Part shown: piece by piece, positions 1 through 9,588 of the stretch
Layout of the letters: every line of letters starts with the position of its first letter
How positions within the stretch are numbered: the first letter of the stretch is position 1
IMG/VR virus record: IMGVR_UViG_3300033405_000987
Coordinates: 1-51,359 of that record
Source: a virus
Taxonomy: Duplodnaviria > Caudoviricetes
Length of the DNA: 51,359 bases
Reading direction: 5' to 3' (one strand)
Made by a program: the position numbers and the translations under genes
The notes under the pieces: model-generated
The model's input: the letters and a program-made list of their open reading frames with translations, nothing else
Told to the model about the DNA's origin: nothing
The model's database searches: none

Positions 1-231
1 ATGAACCATGTCGGGAACATGGAGATAACCGGGGTATGGATCGACGAGTTCCGGGGATTCATCCGCCAGCCTTCCAACAGGTTGTCCGCCAGGGGCAAGC
101 GTAGGTGGCGTTGGGCCGAACGGAACAGGATGGAGGACCTGCTACATGACTCCATGCGCACCGGAGAAGTCGGCCGCGTGTCTGGGGTCACGGTCTACAC
201 CACAGACTTGCCGGCGAAGAGGAAGAGGTAG
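1..231 (+). CDS. small hypothetical protein (76 aa) with terminase Walker-B-like and capsid-like motifs
   Basis: ORF starts at base 1, so upstream context is missing; MEITGVWIDEFR resembles this phage's TerL LELTGAWINEAR. Confidence 0.5.
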   Translation: MNHVGNMEITGVWIDEFRGFIRQPSNRLSARGKRRWRWAERNRMEDLLHDSMRTGEVGRVSGVTVYTTDLPAKRKR

Positions 232-239
232 GGAAATCC

Positions 240-755
240 TTACCTCTCCACGCAAATCTTCCTCAACTCCTCCCATCTGTCCGCGTAGACCTGGGCCACC
301 TCCTGCCCGTGCAAGATGATCAGGTTCTCAGCGTTCGCATTCTCCGCGCTGGCCGTCCAGTTGAAGCTCCCCGTGATCACCGTATCGCCATCCACGATCA
401 TGACCTTGTTGTGCGCGATCTTGTGCGTCTCGTCGTAGACCACCTCGATGCCGGCCGCCTGGAGATCTTGCGTCACGCTGTCCCTGCTCGTCTCGTCGGT
501 CCTGTCCGCGATCACCTGGACGTGGACGCCACGGCCTTTGGCCTCCATCAGGGCGTCACGGATTGTCCTGCTCGTGAAGCTGTAGGCCTGCACCAGGATC
601 GTGGTCTTGGCCTGGTCGATGGTGGACACAACCGCCTCCGTGCATCCGCCGTGGGGCGAGAAGAAAACCTGGACCGGACCACAGATTTGGACGTCGCGGG
701 CCAGGGCCGGGAGCGACAGGGACAGGAGGAGTAGGAAGAGGATGAGTTTGCGCAT
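240..755 (-). CDS. secreted phospholipase D-family nuclease (Nuc-like, single HKD)
   Basis: Signal peptide MRKLILFLLLLSLSLPALA; FSPHGGC, AYSFTS, HNKVMIVD...GSFNWT (HxK-x4-D-x6-GSxN). Confidence 0.9.
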   Translation of the reverse strand: MRKLILFLLLLSLSLPALARDVQICGPVQVFFSPHGGCTEAVVSTIDQAKTTILVQAYSFTSRTIRDALMEAKGRGVHVQVIADRTDETSRDSVTQDLQAAGIEVVYDETHKIAHNKVMIVDGDTVITGSFNWTASAENANAENLIILHGQEVAQVYADRWEELRKICVER

Positions 756-832
756 GGCCTTTCGCTTGCCCAGGGTTGGCGGTTATGGCAAGGAAGTTTA
801 TGCTGGTGACGGGATAACGCAAGGGAGACGGC

Positions 833-1453
833 ATGAGAGATCTTGAAAAAATAGCTGCACAAATGAATTCTGCCTTGAATCAAGACGGACTTCCCTCTGA
901 TTTAACAGAAACAAGAAAACAAGACGAAAACATACTACGCGCAGAGCGTGAGATTATCTCCAGAAAATCTATCCTTTCCACTCAACGTAGCAAGATAAAT
1001 AGCCATGACATGTCATTTTTCCCAAAAGCATTTGGCCTAAAACTCAAAAAAATGAATGACTCATGGGCGATGTTTCACAAAAAATTGAATGTCGGATGGT
1101 TTCAGATTTCTAGCGATGGACTTAGGGTTGTAAAAGAAATAAACACGGAAAAAAGTTTATACAGAATAAAAGTAGTTGCTACAATGCTTGATATACATGA
1201 GTACCAAGATTGGACAAAATCAGTTTTTATCACACACGACCTTGTAGACATTGATGGTCAGACAATTGAAGCCTCCCAGTTTGAAATATTCTATCTTGGC
1301 CCAGTAAAGGGCCACGAATTTATGACTGACATGGTTATTGATAGTATAGAAATACCACGGGTTGCAGGGAGAAAAATCCATATATCCTGCAAAACAAAGG
1401 AAGAAACATTGATAGCTAAAGAGGTATTTTCTTCTTATAAGGTCACCAGCTAA
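833..1453 (+). CDS. AT-rich accessory (moron) hypothetical protein
   Basis: 206-aa ORF, RBS GGGAG upstream, much AT-richer than flanks, opposite strand to late genes. Confidence 0.75.
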   Translation: MRDLEKIAAQMNSALNQDGLPSDLTETRKQDENILRAEREIISRKSILSTQRSKINSHDMSFFPKAFGLKLKKMNDSWAMFHKKLNVGWFQISSDGLRVVKEINTEKSLYRIKVVATMLDIHEYQDWTKSVFITHDLVDIDGQTIEASQFEIFYLGPVKGHEFMTDMVIDSIEIPRVAGRKIHISCKTKEETLIAKEVFSSYKVTS

Positions 1454-1470
1454 CCGGGGACCGGCCCATT

Positions 1471-1487
1471 AAAGGCTCCGGGCCTTT
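1471..1487. terminator. short hairpin between convergent genes
   Basis: AAAGGC-TCCGG-GCCTTT between stops at 1453 and 1495. Confidence 0.4.
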
Positions 1488-1494
1488 CCCTTAA

Positions 1495-4400
1495 TCACTG
1501 CACTCTCGCCTCAAATGCCCGGTTGGCCTGTTTTGCGATCCGGATTTCCCTGTCCCGGATGTCGTCCAATCGGGAACGCTTGTCATCGGCGTTCATGCTT
1601 GTGCTCTGCATGATCGCGGCCTGTTGCTGGTGGAGCTTCGTAAGCATCTGGCTGGCGGTCTGCATCATCTTCCAGCTCCCGGCCTCGGCTCGGTGGTCAT
1701 TCAACCAGTCTTGCGCACCCTGGCGATCACCCTGGCGATTCAGTGCCTGGAAGGTATTGTAGGCCTGCTCGGCCTGGCTGAAATTGTCGTGGAAGCGATC
1801 GGTGTCCACGCTGGACGCGCCGGAGGTGAACAGCGAACGCACGCCCATCATGTCCGCGAAATGTTCGGTGGGCGCGGCAGGCCCCCCGGCTAAGGCCCGG
1901 GTCGCGCCTCCCAAGGCGTCCATGATGATCCGGCCCGTGTTCGGTAGGCCTGTGTTCACGAAGTTCTGCATCATCTTGGGGCTGATTCCTACCACCGGAC
2001 CGAGCTTGTTCAGAGCCGGGTTGGTGTACTGGTTGCCCCGGTAGCCTGGCGCGAGCTTCTCGTCTCCGGCGTTCTCGATCGGCCTGCCGGTGAGAAAGGA
2101 CTTGTTGGCCCAGGCCTCCAGCGGAGCCTTGGCCGCCGTGGGCAGGATCGAGGTGCCAAAGGGGAAGCTCTTCTCGCCGATGGTCCAGAGGCTGGAGGTA
2201 AGCCCCTTCAGGTCGCCCGTGTTCATGTAGTCGACTGCCCGTGCCGGGACTGCTCCGGCCAGGATGCCCAACTGGAAGGGATAGGGCAACCGAAGCACCA
2301 CGGGATTTTTCGGATCATCGTTCAACACCACGTTCATGAACAGGTTCTTCTCCATGTCGGAAAGGCCCTGGTAGACCTGGGAATTCCGCTGGAGCGTGGC
2401 CAGAGCCACGGCCGGGAGGGTCAGGCTCAAAGCGGTCTTGAGCAGAGTCTCGCCCGGCCTGGTCCGCATGGTGCGGATCATCTTGTCCATGTCCTGCATG
2501 TTCGCGTTCCAAAACGCCGCCACCTTGTTGATCTCTCGGCCGTACAGGCCGGCGCGCGCGAAATTCAGGGCCGCGTCTTTGCCGGCATACGCCGCGGCTA
2601 CCGGGTCCTTCCCGTTCTGCCGGGCCTTCAGGTACTCGCCGAAGCGCGTGCCCTGGTCCATGTAGGTGGCCAGCTTTTCCATCATCTCGATGGGGGTCTT
2701 CACCCAGTCCATGACGCCTTTTTGATGGATGCCCAGGAACTTGTCGGCCTCGTTGGTCTTGCTATCCAGGTCCAGGGTATGGAAAAAACTTCCGCCGCCG
2801 CCGGCCGCCTTCCATTGATTGAAGTCCACGTCCTGGGGGTTCATCTTGAAGGCCGCACGAAGGAAGTCCAGACCCAGCACGTAGCCGTTTTCCGAATGGA
2901 TGTAGGCCAGCCATTGGGAGCGGATCAGGTGCCGGACCATGAATTCCGGAGAGAGCGTGGCCGCATAGCGGAAGGCCTTGGCGAACGGCCGCAGGAATTT
3001 GACCAGGAAGTTCGAGTCCGAGGGGGACAGGCCGTTGATGGCCTGCCTGTACCGCTCAGGCACGTCGAAGTATTTTTTCTTCCCGTCCACGAACTGGGTC
3101 AGGTAGTCGCTCGCCCGAGCCCGGGCCGGGTCGACCTGGACCTCCTTGAAGACGTTGTTCAGATCCGGGAGGTGTTCGCGCATGCCCACCAGGTCGGACA
3201 CAACACGATTCTGGTTTATGGCTTTGAGGGCTCGTTGCAGGTTGGCCATCGTGGCGGCCATGGGGTCGGCCTTCAGACGTTCGGACCCTTTCAGAGCCTT
3301 GATGATATCGCCGCCCGATCCCAGGGCCTGGGAGCGCTCCAAGTCGTCCATGACTCTCTGGAAAGGAAGGTATGAAGCGTGCTCAGGGGAGGCCATGATC
3401 TTGTCATAGCGGTCCTTGGAGATGATCCCGGCATCGGTCAAAGGCTTCAGGATAGCGTCATGGTTAAACTGGCGCAGGTTGTCCAGGAACTCATGGGCCG
3501 AGTCCGCTCCCGGGAGCTTGTTGAGGAAGTCCAGCCGCTGACGTGAATATTCAGGGTCGATGCCCGGAGGGTTGGCGCCCTTGAACAGATCCTTCTGGTC
3601 GCTAATCGCATCTTTGCAGGCCTTGATGGCTTCACGGTTCCCGGACGCCTGAGCGTCCGCCAGCATCCCCTGCAGGTCCGCCAAGCGTGCGGTGTGCTCC
3701 TCCGGAGTCATGTGCCGGTTGTTCCAGATGGAAAGATCGCGCTCGTGGCTGCCGATCTCCTTGGCCAAGGCATAGGTGCGCGGGTTTGAGCTGATGGGCT
3801 CAGAGGCTTCGCGCAAGGACTTGGTTCCCGGGATGGTCTGGGTAGAAGCCTCCCGATCCGGGTTACCCACGTCGGCCAGGCCCGTTCCGGTCGTCTGCCG
3901 GTCATACATGCCGTTGGTGCCGTCCAGACGGGAGAGGTGCTCGGTGACGTGATCAGCGAAGTCGGTCCCCGTTCCGTTGGCCTTGTCCACCGCCTTGGCC
4001 CGGTTGATGATCGGGGCGTACTTGTCCACCATGAGCTGATAAGCACGTTCCGCAGCGTCTTCACGCAGGCTCGCGTCGGTGAGGATACTGGGCTTTTTGA
4101 GGTCGTCTTTGGTGGCCCATCCGGCGCTCGTCTTGGGCCGGTTCACATCAATGATCCCTTCGTCTTCCAGGTCCTTCTGGGTGTAGCGTCGGTTGGTCGG
4201 CTCCTGTTGGATGGTGGGGCCTTCAACTTGAGCGGCTCGACGGTAAGCCGGGGCCTGCTCTACGCCAGGCACTCCAGATGCAACCCCCTGCTCTTCCGCG
4301 AACGCATCCCGCATGCCACCGATGAGCTCGCGCATCTCCGGCTCCGTGTACTTCATCGGACCCATGCCCAGCTTCTCGCGCACGCCGTTGACGATCCTGG

Positions 4401-7400
4401 CCACGAGCGCGGACACCTTGTCGTACCACCTGGGGGCGATGGTTTCGTTTTTGGTGGCTAACAGCTCGGAGACGATGCCGCGCCGACCCTGCGGGGTGCT
4501 TATATCGTAGTCCTGGGAGTAGCCATGGTTGTTGAGAAGCCTGTCAATCTCGGGCCGATAGTCTCGGAAGATGCGGTCCTTGATGTTGTTCAGGCTGATC
4601 TGGGCTTCACGCACGCCCATCTGCATGCCCAATCGACGGCCGTAGGCCTCTTCTCCTGGGTGGATGATCTCATGGGCGATGGACTGGGCGAAGTCGTCAG
4701 GACTTTTGGTGTTCTCCAGGTTAAAATAGAGCTTTCCATTCTGGTAGAAGGATGGAGCTTGCTCCCCGCCGGTGCCGCGCACCGCGCCCTGGACGTCCTG
4801 CGGCATCGTGTCCAGGCTCTCATGGACCTCGGCGATACGCGAAAGCCCGGAGTGATCGAGAGCCGCTTGAGCGTCAGAGAGGGACAAGCCAGGTGTGCTG
4901 GCAGTTTCTCCGGGACGCCGGTACATTATGACGCCCTTGTCCGTCTCCTTGGTCTTCACCGTGTCGAAAAACTTATCGAAGGCGGCATTGATGGCCTCGC
5001 GCTCAGGGCCTTCCGGGTACACCCCGGGGATATCCGAATGCGTGCTATGAACGAGGTACTGGCTTGTGCGGTCGAGGTCAGGGTTTTCAATCCGGTCCTG
5101 AATGTAGGATTCGAAGGCGCGAGCTGCTTTCTCGTGGGGGCGAGCCCAGTAGTCTCCAAGCTGCTGCGCGCTTCTGGAGAAGTCGGTGCGAGGCCCTCCC
5201 GAGGTCCGCTCCAGCGCAGATATCACGTCTCCCCAGGCTTGCACCATCTCGGGGCGCATTTTGGATGTCTGGACCCAGTCCTTCGTCTCGCGGCTCCAGT
5301 CGTTGAAAAATTGACCATGGGAGGCGTAGGGTCTCCCCTTATTGCGGTCCCCAGACAAACGCCCGAAATGGTCATCCATCGCATGGAACCATTCATGCGC
5401 GAGCGCGCCGGCACCACGGGTCTTGGTCAGGTTCATGGCCACTTTGACCGGCTCGTAATGTGCCGAGGCGTGGCCACCACCCCGCGCCCCAAAAGCGAAC
5501 CCCAGAGCTCCATCCAGGGAAAGGGCCTTTGGTGGAACGTTCAGAGCCTGGGAGAGGTCCATGAGCGCGTCGTACGCATGGTTGAGAGAGTCCTGACGAT
5601 CAGACTGATTCAGCCATTTGCCGAACTCTCCACCGCGAAATCCGAAGGTATCCTTAAACTCAAAGGGCGTGACATCGCGCCCTTCACGGTAATCCACCCC
5701 GGTACGCTGCACGTTGTCCAGCATTGGTCGCTTGTAACGCTCAACAGGAGAGCCTTCGGACTCTCCCCGCACCTGCTTTTGCGGCCACCCTGATATCTCC
5801 ACTTTACGCTGAGCGTGGACGAAGTCGTAATTGCTGACCTGAAGTTTCCGGACGAACTTATTTCCGCCCAGTTCCGTGACCATTTCCTTCCCTTCGGCGG
5901 ACCAGCGATCAAGGGACGGTCGACTCTTGTCATACTCGGCCTGGGTGAAAACTCTGTCGAACAGACTACGAATATCGTCAGCCGTTTTTACGCTGGACAG
6001 GATATCCCGGACGCGCTCTATGGACCGGATATAAATTTCCTGAGCTTCGCGGGCATCTTTGAGTCGCAGCCTCTGCGGAGCAGCAGGAATGGCGTCGCGG
6101 ATTCCCTTGACGAGGAGCGCCACGTGCGCTGGAACGCCATCCTCGACCATCTTGTCGTACTTGATGGGCGGCCAGATGTTGTTCTTGACGGTGTAAGCCT
6201 CACGCTCACGGTCGGTCATGTCCGCGAGGTCGGAGGTGGTCAGGCGGGATTGGGCGCGGTCGTAGCGAGAGCCTCCAATCTCCTCGCCGAACTTCATGCC
6301 TATTTCGGCTTTATCGGCGGGAGGAGAGGCAGGCGCGGAAGAATCTAGTAGTGTTTGTTCCGTAGCGGGTTCGGCGGAACGTCCTTGTCCCCGATCAGGA
6401 CCTTGGTCGCTATCCTCACCCCTTCGCGTTTGCGGGCGGTCAGACGCTTCAGTGCCTCGATCTGCTCTGGCGTTGCGGATGTCGTCTTCGGTGAGTCGGT
6501 CTTGGCGCTCATGCGTTATCCCTGGAGCCGATTCTTCTGGGCGTTCAACCTGTCCGCGTTCTTGAATACCGGGGCTATTCGGTATTCCCGAAGAAGGCCG
6601 TTCATCGCCCGCAGCTTCTCTCTCGGAGCCCCGCGCTCCCTTCCCTGACAGTACCGATCCCAGAACGTCAGGAGTTCTTTCGTCGAGTAGCCCCTGTAGG
6701 TTTCGGGCAAGTTCTGATTTGGCATCGGGTCCTCTTGTTTGGCGAAGCTGATCTAAGATAACATTGACTTCCCCCTTGGACAAGACCTTCGCCAGATCCT
6801 TGGCTCGGATTGGTATCTGCGCCAGCTTCAGAGCAGTCTGGAGCTTGGAGACAACCTGAGGTTCGGCATCCAGCCGGGCGTCTCCCATAAGACCCGCCAC
6901 GGTGTCCACGTGAATACCGGCCTCGTTGAGGGCGCGGACAAAGGCCTTTGCCGAGGCCCCCGTAGTAAACACATCCTCCGTGACAACCACATTCTTACCC
7001 TGGGAGTCCCTCTTCAGGGCTTGCACATCAGTTGGAGCATACTTTCGGATGGCAAAAGGACGGTCCTGAGGCGTAATCGTTTTAATTGGGGCCTCATGCT
7101 CTGGGTCAAAATGATCGCGTCCATCGCTAAATGTCCCACCAAGCTCTTGAGCCAGATGCTTCCCTAGGGCGTTTGGAAGTTCATTCTTGCCCGTCGTACT
7201 TGGTACCGACACGAACAAGGTTTCCTTGTTGGGGTCCAGCTTGTCCGTGAGGGCCTTCGTCTTGTCGTCTGTCCATGTCGAACGGATCACCCGGTCCGCG
7301 GCTTCCTGATCGCCCGCTTTCGCCGCCTCCCAGTCGGAGCTGTTTTGGAGCTGCCGATCAGTGAATCCTTTGGCCGTGACGCCTTTCTCATTTCCCAGAC

Positions 7401-9579
7401 CCACAACATTATCCGGGGTCTTCTCTTCCATCCCCGCCAGAACGTCGTAAACCGTGTCCACGTTGTGCTTGCCGGAGTCGATGAGCTGCTCGGCGCGTTC
7501 GCGCATCGCGTCGTAGCCCTGGGGCTGCACGCTGGCCAGCTCCTGCTCCACGGCCGCCCGCGCTTTTGGGCTACCGACATCCGGGGCTTCGTCTTTCACC
7601 TCGCGCCATCCCCACCGCTTCCCGGACTCGTCCAGCGGCACAGCCTCCACATTCTGGCCACGCTTGATCCGGCCGGCCACCTGAAGGTTGATGGAGTTCT
7701 TGGTGTACGGCGTTCCGTCCGCCCTCACGTTGACGCCATCGGGAATCTGGCTGACGTCTTTCGAGTTTTGGCTGACATCTCCCGCAGGGGCTACACTACC
7801 CGCGTCGGGTCCCCCTCCGAGTCCGTCCCCGAGTTCGGGAGCGTTTCCCCCGATCCCGTCAGGCTGGCCTGCTCCAGTGCCGACGTCCTGTCCAGATTCG
7901 GCGCGTCCACGTTCGGGATTGGCATCGAGGGCGCGGATAATGTCGTTGGCGACTCCTGGTCCGCCGGAGGCGAGACGGGACTCGACATCGTCGGCGATGG
8001 ATTGTTTGTCGGCGAACCTGGAGGAGGATTCGGGGGCAGTCCCGCCGACCCCGCTATTGATCCGATCATCCGGTTGCGTTTCAAGCCCGAGAGCTTGGCT
8101 ATATTCGGGTATCGCGTCTTGAACTGTTGGGGGGACATTCCCAGTCGGTGCGGCATTGATGTCTCCTGTGGTAAGTGCATCGCCTCCAACCGGAGCGGGC
8201 ATCGCGGGTGAATCCGCCAGGCGCACGGGAAGGCGGTCATTGCGCATGGTGTCCGGGACCAGGTCGAAGTCCTGGCCGGCCGGCAGCATGGGCACCCCAC
8301 GACCATCCGAGAGCATGATGGGGGTTGGAAGCAGGGAACGGTCACCCCCATCGGTCTGCGGCAGAGGCATCCTGTCGCCACCGTCTGTTGGAACGGGATC
8401 GCCCTGAGGGAGGGCCAGGGCCGGATGTGTTCCAGACAGGGCAAGAATCTTCTGGGTCATGGCGTCCGCTGCGCCCTGGATGTCTCCCTGCTGGGCCTTG
8501 TCTTCAAAGTCCTGGCCCATCCGGTCGACGAGGTCGTTGCGAAAGGCGTTCTTGTCCGCGATGTCGGCGTGAATGTCTCCGGCTGTCCAAGGGGACTTGA
8601 GTCCCTCCGCGATACCTCCGAAAGCTGCGCCCTGACCGAAAGCTGTTCCCGCGCCCTGTGTAATCGGGATGGAAGGATCGTAAGCCTGCCGGGCCGTGTT
8701 TTCGCCCATCGTCTGAGCGGCCATGGTGTTGCCGCCCTCGATGGCCCCGGCTGCCACCTTCCCCAGTACCTGCGGCAGAACCTTTTCGGGGAGAGCTCCC
8801 AAGATCGGGCCGAGAATTGTCTCGGTGAGGGGGCCGGCCGCCATCGCAGCGCCGCCCCCCAGGATAGCGGCCTTGTTGCTCACGCCTTCGGCAAAGTCCT
8901 GGCGAGCCTGCGCGCGTCGAGCCAAGTCGTCCATGTCGTCCGGGAGATTCCAATAAGCTTGCTGATAGCCTGGCGCGTTGACGATCTGGTCCTCGGGCAG
9001 CTTCATTACTTGTTGCTTGACCGTGTGGGCGCTCGCGGCTGCCATGGCGGCTCCCGTCACCCCAAGGGCTGCTCCCTCGCTGGCCCCTCCAGTGAACGGC
9101 GCCAGCGCCACGCCCGCAGCGTGTGGGAGAAGAAAAGGAGCGGCCCCGGCCGCCGCGTTCAGGGTATCGACCACGGGGTGATCCCAGAAGCTTGCGTCCG
9201 GACTTTCAACCTGAGCTTGGAAGTTCTGGGGAGCGTTGGCGCGAAGGCTGTCCGCCGACTGGCCCATGGAGTTGGCGAAGTCGCCGCCGAAGCCCAGGTT
9301 GTTTTGGGAGATGTCTCCGAGGCCGGCGAGGACGTCCGCCCCGCTGGCCAGGGCCGTCCGTCCGACACCGCTGGCAATATCGCCCACGGACAGCGGAGCG
9401 CTTGCGGCTTGTTGCTGGGCGACTTGGTCCTGCAACTGCTGAGTTTGTTGCGGGTCAGAGGGCAACGTGCTCTGGAATGCCGCGAGGTAATTCTCGAAAG
9501 ATCCGTACTTATCCTGGAGCGCAGGGAGCGCCTCGTACATGCTCTTGGGATCGAAATCCGGGAGATCGTTGAGGTCCAT
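1495..9579 (-). CDS. giant ejection/internal virion polyvalent protein (PRTase, LPD5/LPD1-like, HExxH, LPD38-like domains)
   Basis: 2694 aa, last late gene; VVVTEDVFTTGAS (PRPP-binding loop), FGFRGGEFGKW...AHEWFH...ARAFE...YPEGPERE (LPD1-like), AHEIIH, C-terminal LPYPFQLG. Confidence 0.85.
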   Translation of the reverse strand: MDLNDLPDFDPKSMYEALPALQDKYGSFENYLAAFQSTLPSDPQQTQQLQDQVAQQQAASAPLSVGDIASGVGRTALASGADVLAGLGDISQNNLGFGGDFANSMGQSADSLRANAPQNFQAQVESPDASFWDHPVVDTLNAAAGAAPFLLPHAAGVALAPFTGGASEGAALGVTGAAMAAASAHTVKQQVMKLPEDQIVNAPGYQQAYWNLPDDMDDLARRAQARQDFAEGVSNKAAILGGGAAMAAGPLTETILGPILGALPEKVLPQVLGKVAAGAIEGGNTMAAQTMGENTARQAYDPSIPITQGAGTAFGQGAAFGGIAEGLKSPWTAGDIHADIADKNAFRNDLVDRMGQDFEDKAQQGDIQGAADAMTQKILALSGTHPALALPQGDPVPTDGGDRMPLPQTDGGDRSLLPTPIMLSDGRGVPMLPAGQDFDLVPDTMRNDRLPVRLADSPAMPAPVGGDALTTGDINAAPTGNVPPTVQDAIPEYSQALGLETQPDDRINSGVGGTAPESSSRFADKQSIADDVESRLASGGPGVANDIIRALDANPERGRAESGQDVGTGAGQPDGIGGNAPELGDGLGGGPDAGSVAPAGDVSQNSKDVSQIPDGVNVRADGTPYTKNSINLQVAGRIKRGQNVEAVPLDESGKRWGWREVKDEAPDVGSPKARAAVEQELASVQPQGYDAMRERAEQLIDSGKHNVDTVYDVLAGMEEKTPDNVVGLGNEKGVTAKGFTDRQLQNSSDWEAAKAGDQEAADRVIRSTWTDDKTKALTDKLDPNKETLFVSVPSTTGKNELPNALGKHLAQELGGTFSDGRDHFDPEHEAPIKTITPQDRPFAIRKYAPTDVQALKRDSQGKNVVVTEDVFTTGASAKAFVRALNEAGIHVDTVAGLMGDARLDAEPQVVSKLQTALKLAQIPIRAKDLAKVLSKGEVNVILDQLRQTRGPDAKSELARNLQGLLDERTPDVLGSVLSGKGARGSEREAAGDERPSSGIPNSPGIQERGQVERPEESAPGITHERQDRLTEDDIRNARADRGTEASDRPQTRRGEDSDQGPDRGQGRSAEPATEQTLLDSSAPASPPADKAEIGMKFGEEIGGSRYDRAQSRLTTSDLADMTDREREAYTVKNNIWPPIKYDKMVEDGVPAHVALLVKGIRDAIPAAPQRLRLKDAREAQEIYIRSIERVRDILSSVKTADDIRSLFDRVFTQAEYDKSRPSLDRWSAEGKEMVTELGGNKFVRKLQVSNYDFVHAQRKVEISGWPQKQVRGESEGSPVERYKRPMLDNVQRTGVDYREGRDVTPFEFKDTFGFRGGEFGKWLNQSDRQDSLNHAYDALMDLSQALNVPPKALSLDGALGFAFGARGGGHASAHYEPVKVAMNLTKTRGAGALAHEWFHAMDDHFGRLSGDRNKGRPYASHGQFFNDWSRETKDWVQTSKMRPEMVQAWGDVISALERTSGGPRTDFSRSAQQLGDYWARPHEKAARAFESYIQDRIENPDLDRTSQYLVHSTHSDIPGVYPEGPEREAINAAFDKFFDTVKTKETDKGVIMYRRPGETASTPGLSLSDAQAALDHSGLSRIAEVHESLDTMPQDVQGAVRGTGGEQAPSFYQNGKLYFNLENTKSPDDFAQSIAHEIIHPGEEAYGRRLGMQMGVREAQISLNNIKDRIFRDYRPEIDRLLNNHGYSQDYDISTPQGRRGIVSELLATKNETIAPRWYDKVSALVARIVNGVREKLGMGPMKYTEPEMRELIGGMRDAFAEEQGVASGVPGVEQAPAYRRAAQVEGPTIQQEPTNRRYTQKDLEDEGIIDVNRPKTSAGWATKDDLKKPSILTDASLREDAAERAYQLMVDKYAPIINRAKAVDKANGTGTDFADHVTEHLSRLDGTNGMYDRQTTGTGLADVGNPDREASTQTIPGTKSLREASEPISSNPRTYALAKEIGSHERDLSIWNNRHMTPEEHTARLADLQGMLADAQASGNREAIKACKDAISDQKDLFKGANPPGIDPEYSRQRLDFLNKLPGADSAHEFLDNLRQFNHDAILKPLTDAGIISKDRYDKIMASPEHASYLPFQRVMDDLERSQALGSGGDIIKALKGSERLKADPMAATMANLQRALKAINQNRVVSDLVGMREHLPDLNNVFKEVQVDPARARASDYLTQFVDGKKKYFDVPERYRQAINGLSPSDSNFLVKFLRPFAKAFRYAATLSPEFMVRHLIRSQWLAYIHSENGYVLGLDFLRAAFKMNPQDVDFNQWKAAGGGGSFFHTLDLDSKTNEADKFLGIHQKGVMDWVKTPIEMMEKLATYMDQGTRFGEYLKARQNGKDPVAAAYAGKDAALNFARAGLYGREINKVAAFWNANMQDMDKMIRTMRTRPGETLLKTALSLTLPAVALATLQRNSQVYQGLSDMEKNLFMNVVLNDDPKNPVVLRLPYPFQLGILAGAVPARAVDYMNTGDLKGLTSSLWTIGEKSFPFGTSILPTAAKAPLEAWANKSFLTGRPIENAGDEKLAPGYRGNQYTNPALNKLGPVVGISPKMMQNFVNTGLPNTGRIIMDALGGATRALAGGPAAPTEHFADMMGVRSLFTSGASSVDTDRFHDNFSQAEQAYNTFQALNRQGDRQGAQDWLNDHRAEAGSWKMMQTASQMLTKLHQQQAAIMQSTSMNADDKRSRLDDIRDREIRIAKQANRAFEARVQ

Positions 9580-9588
9580 CGTCGCCCC

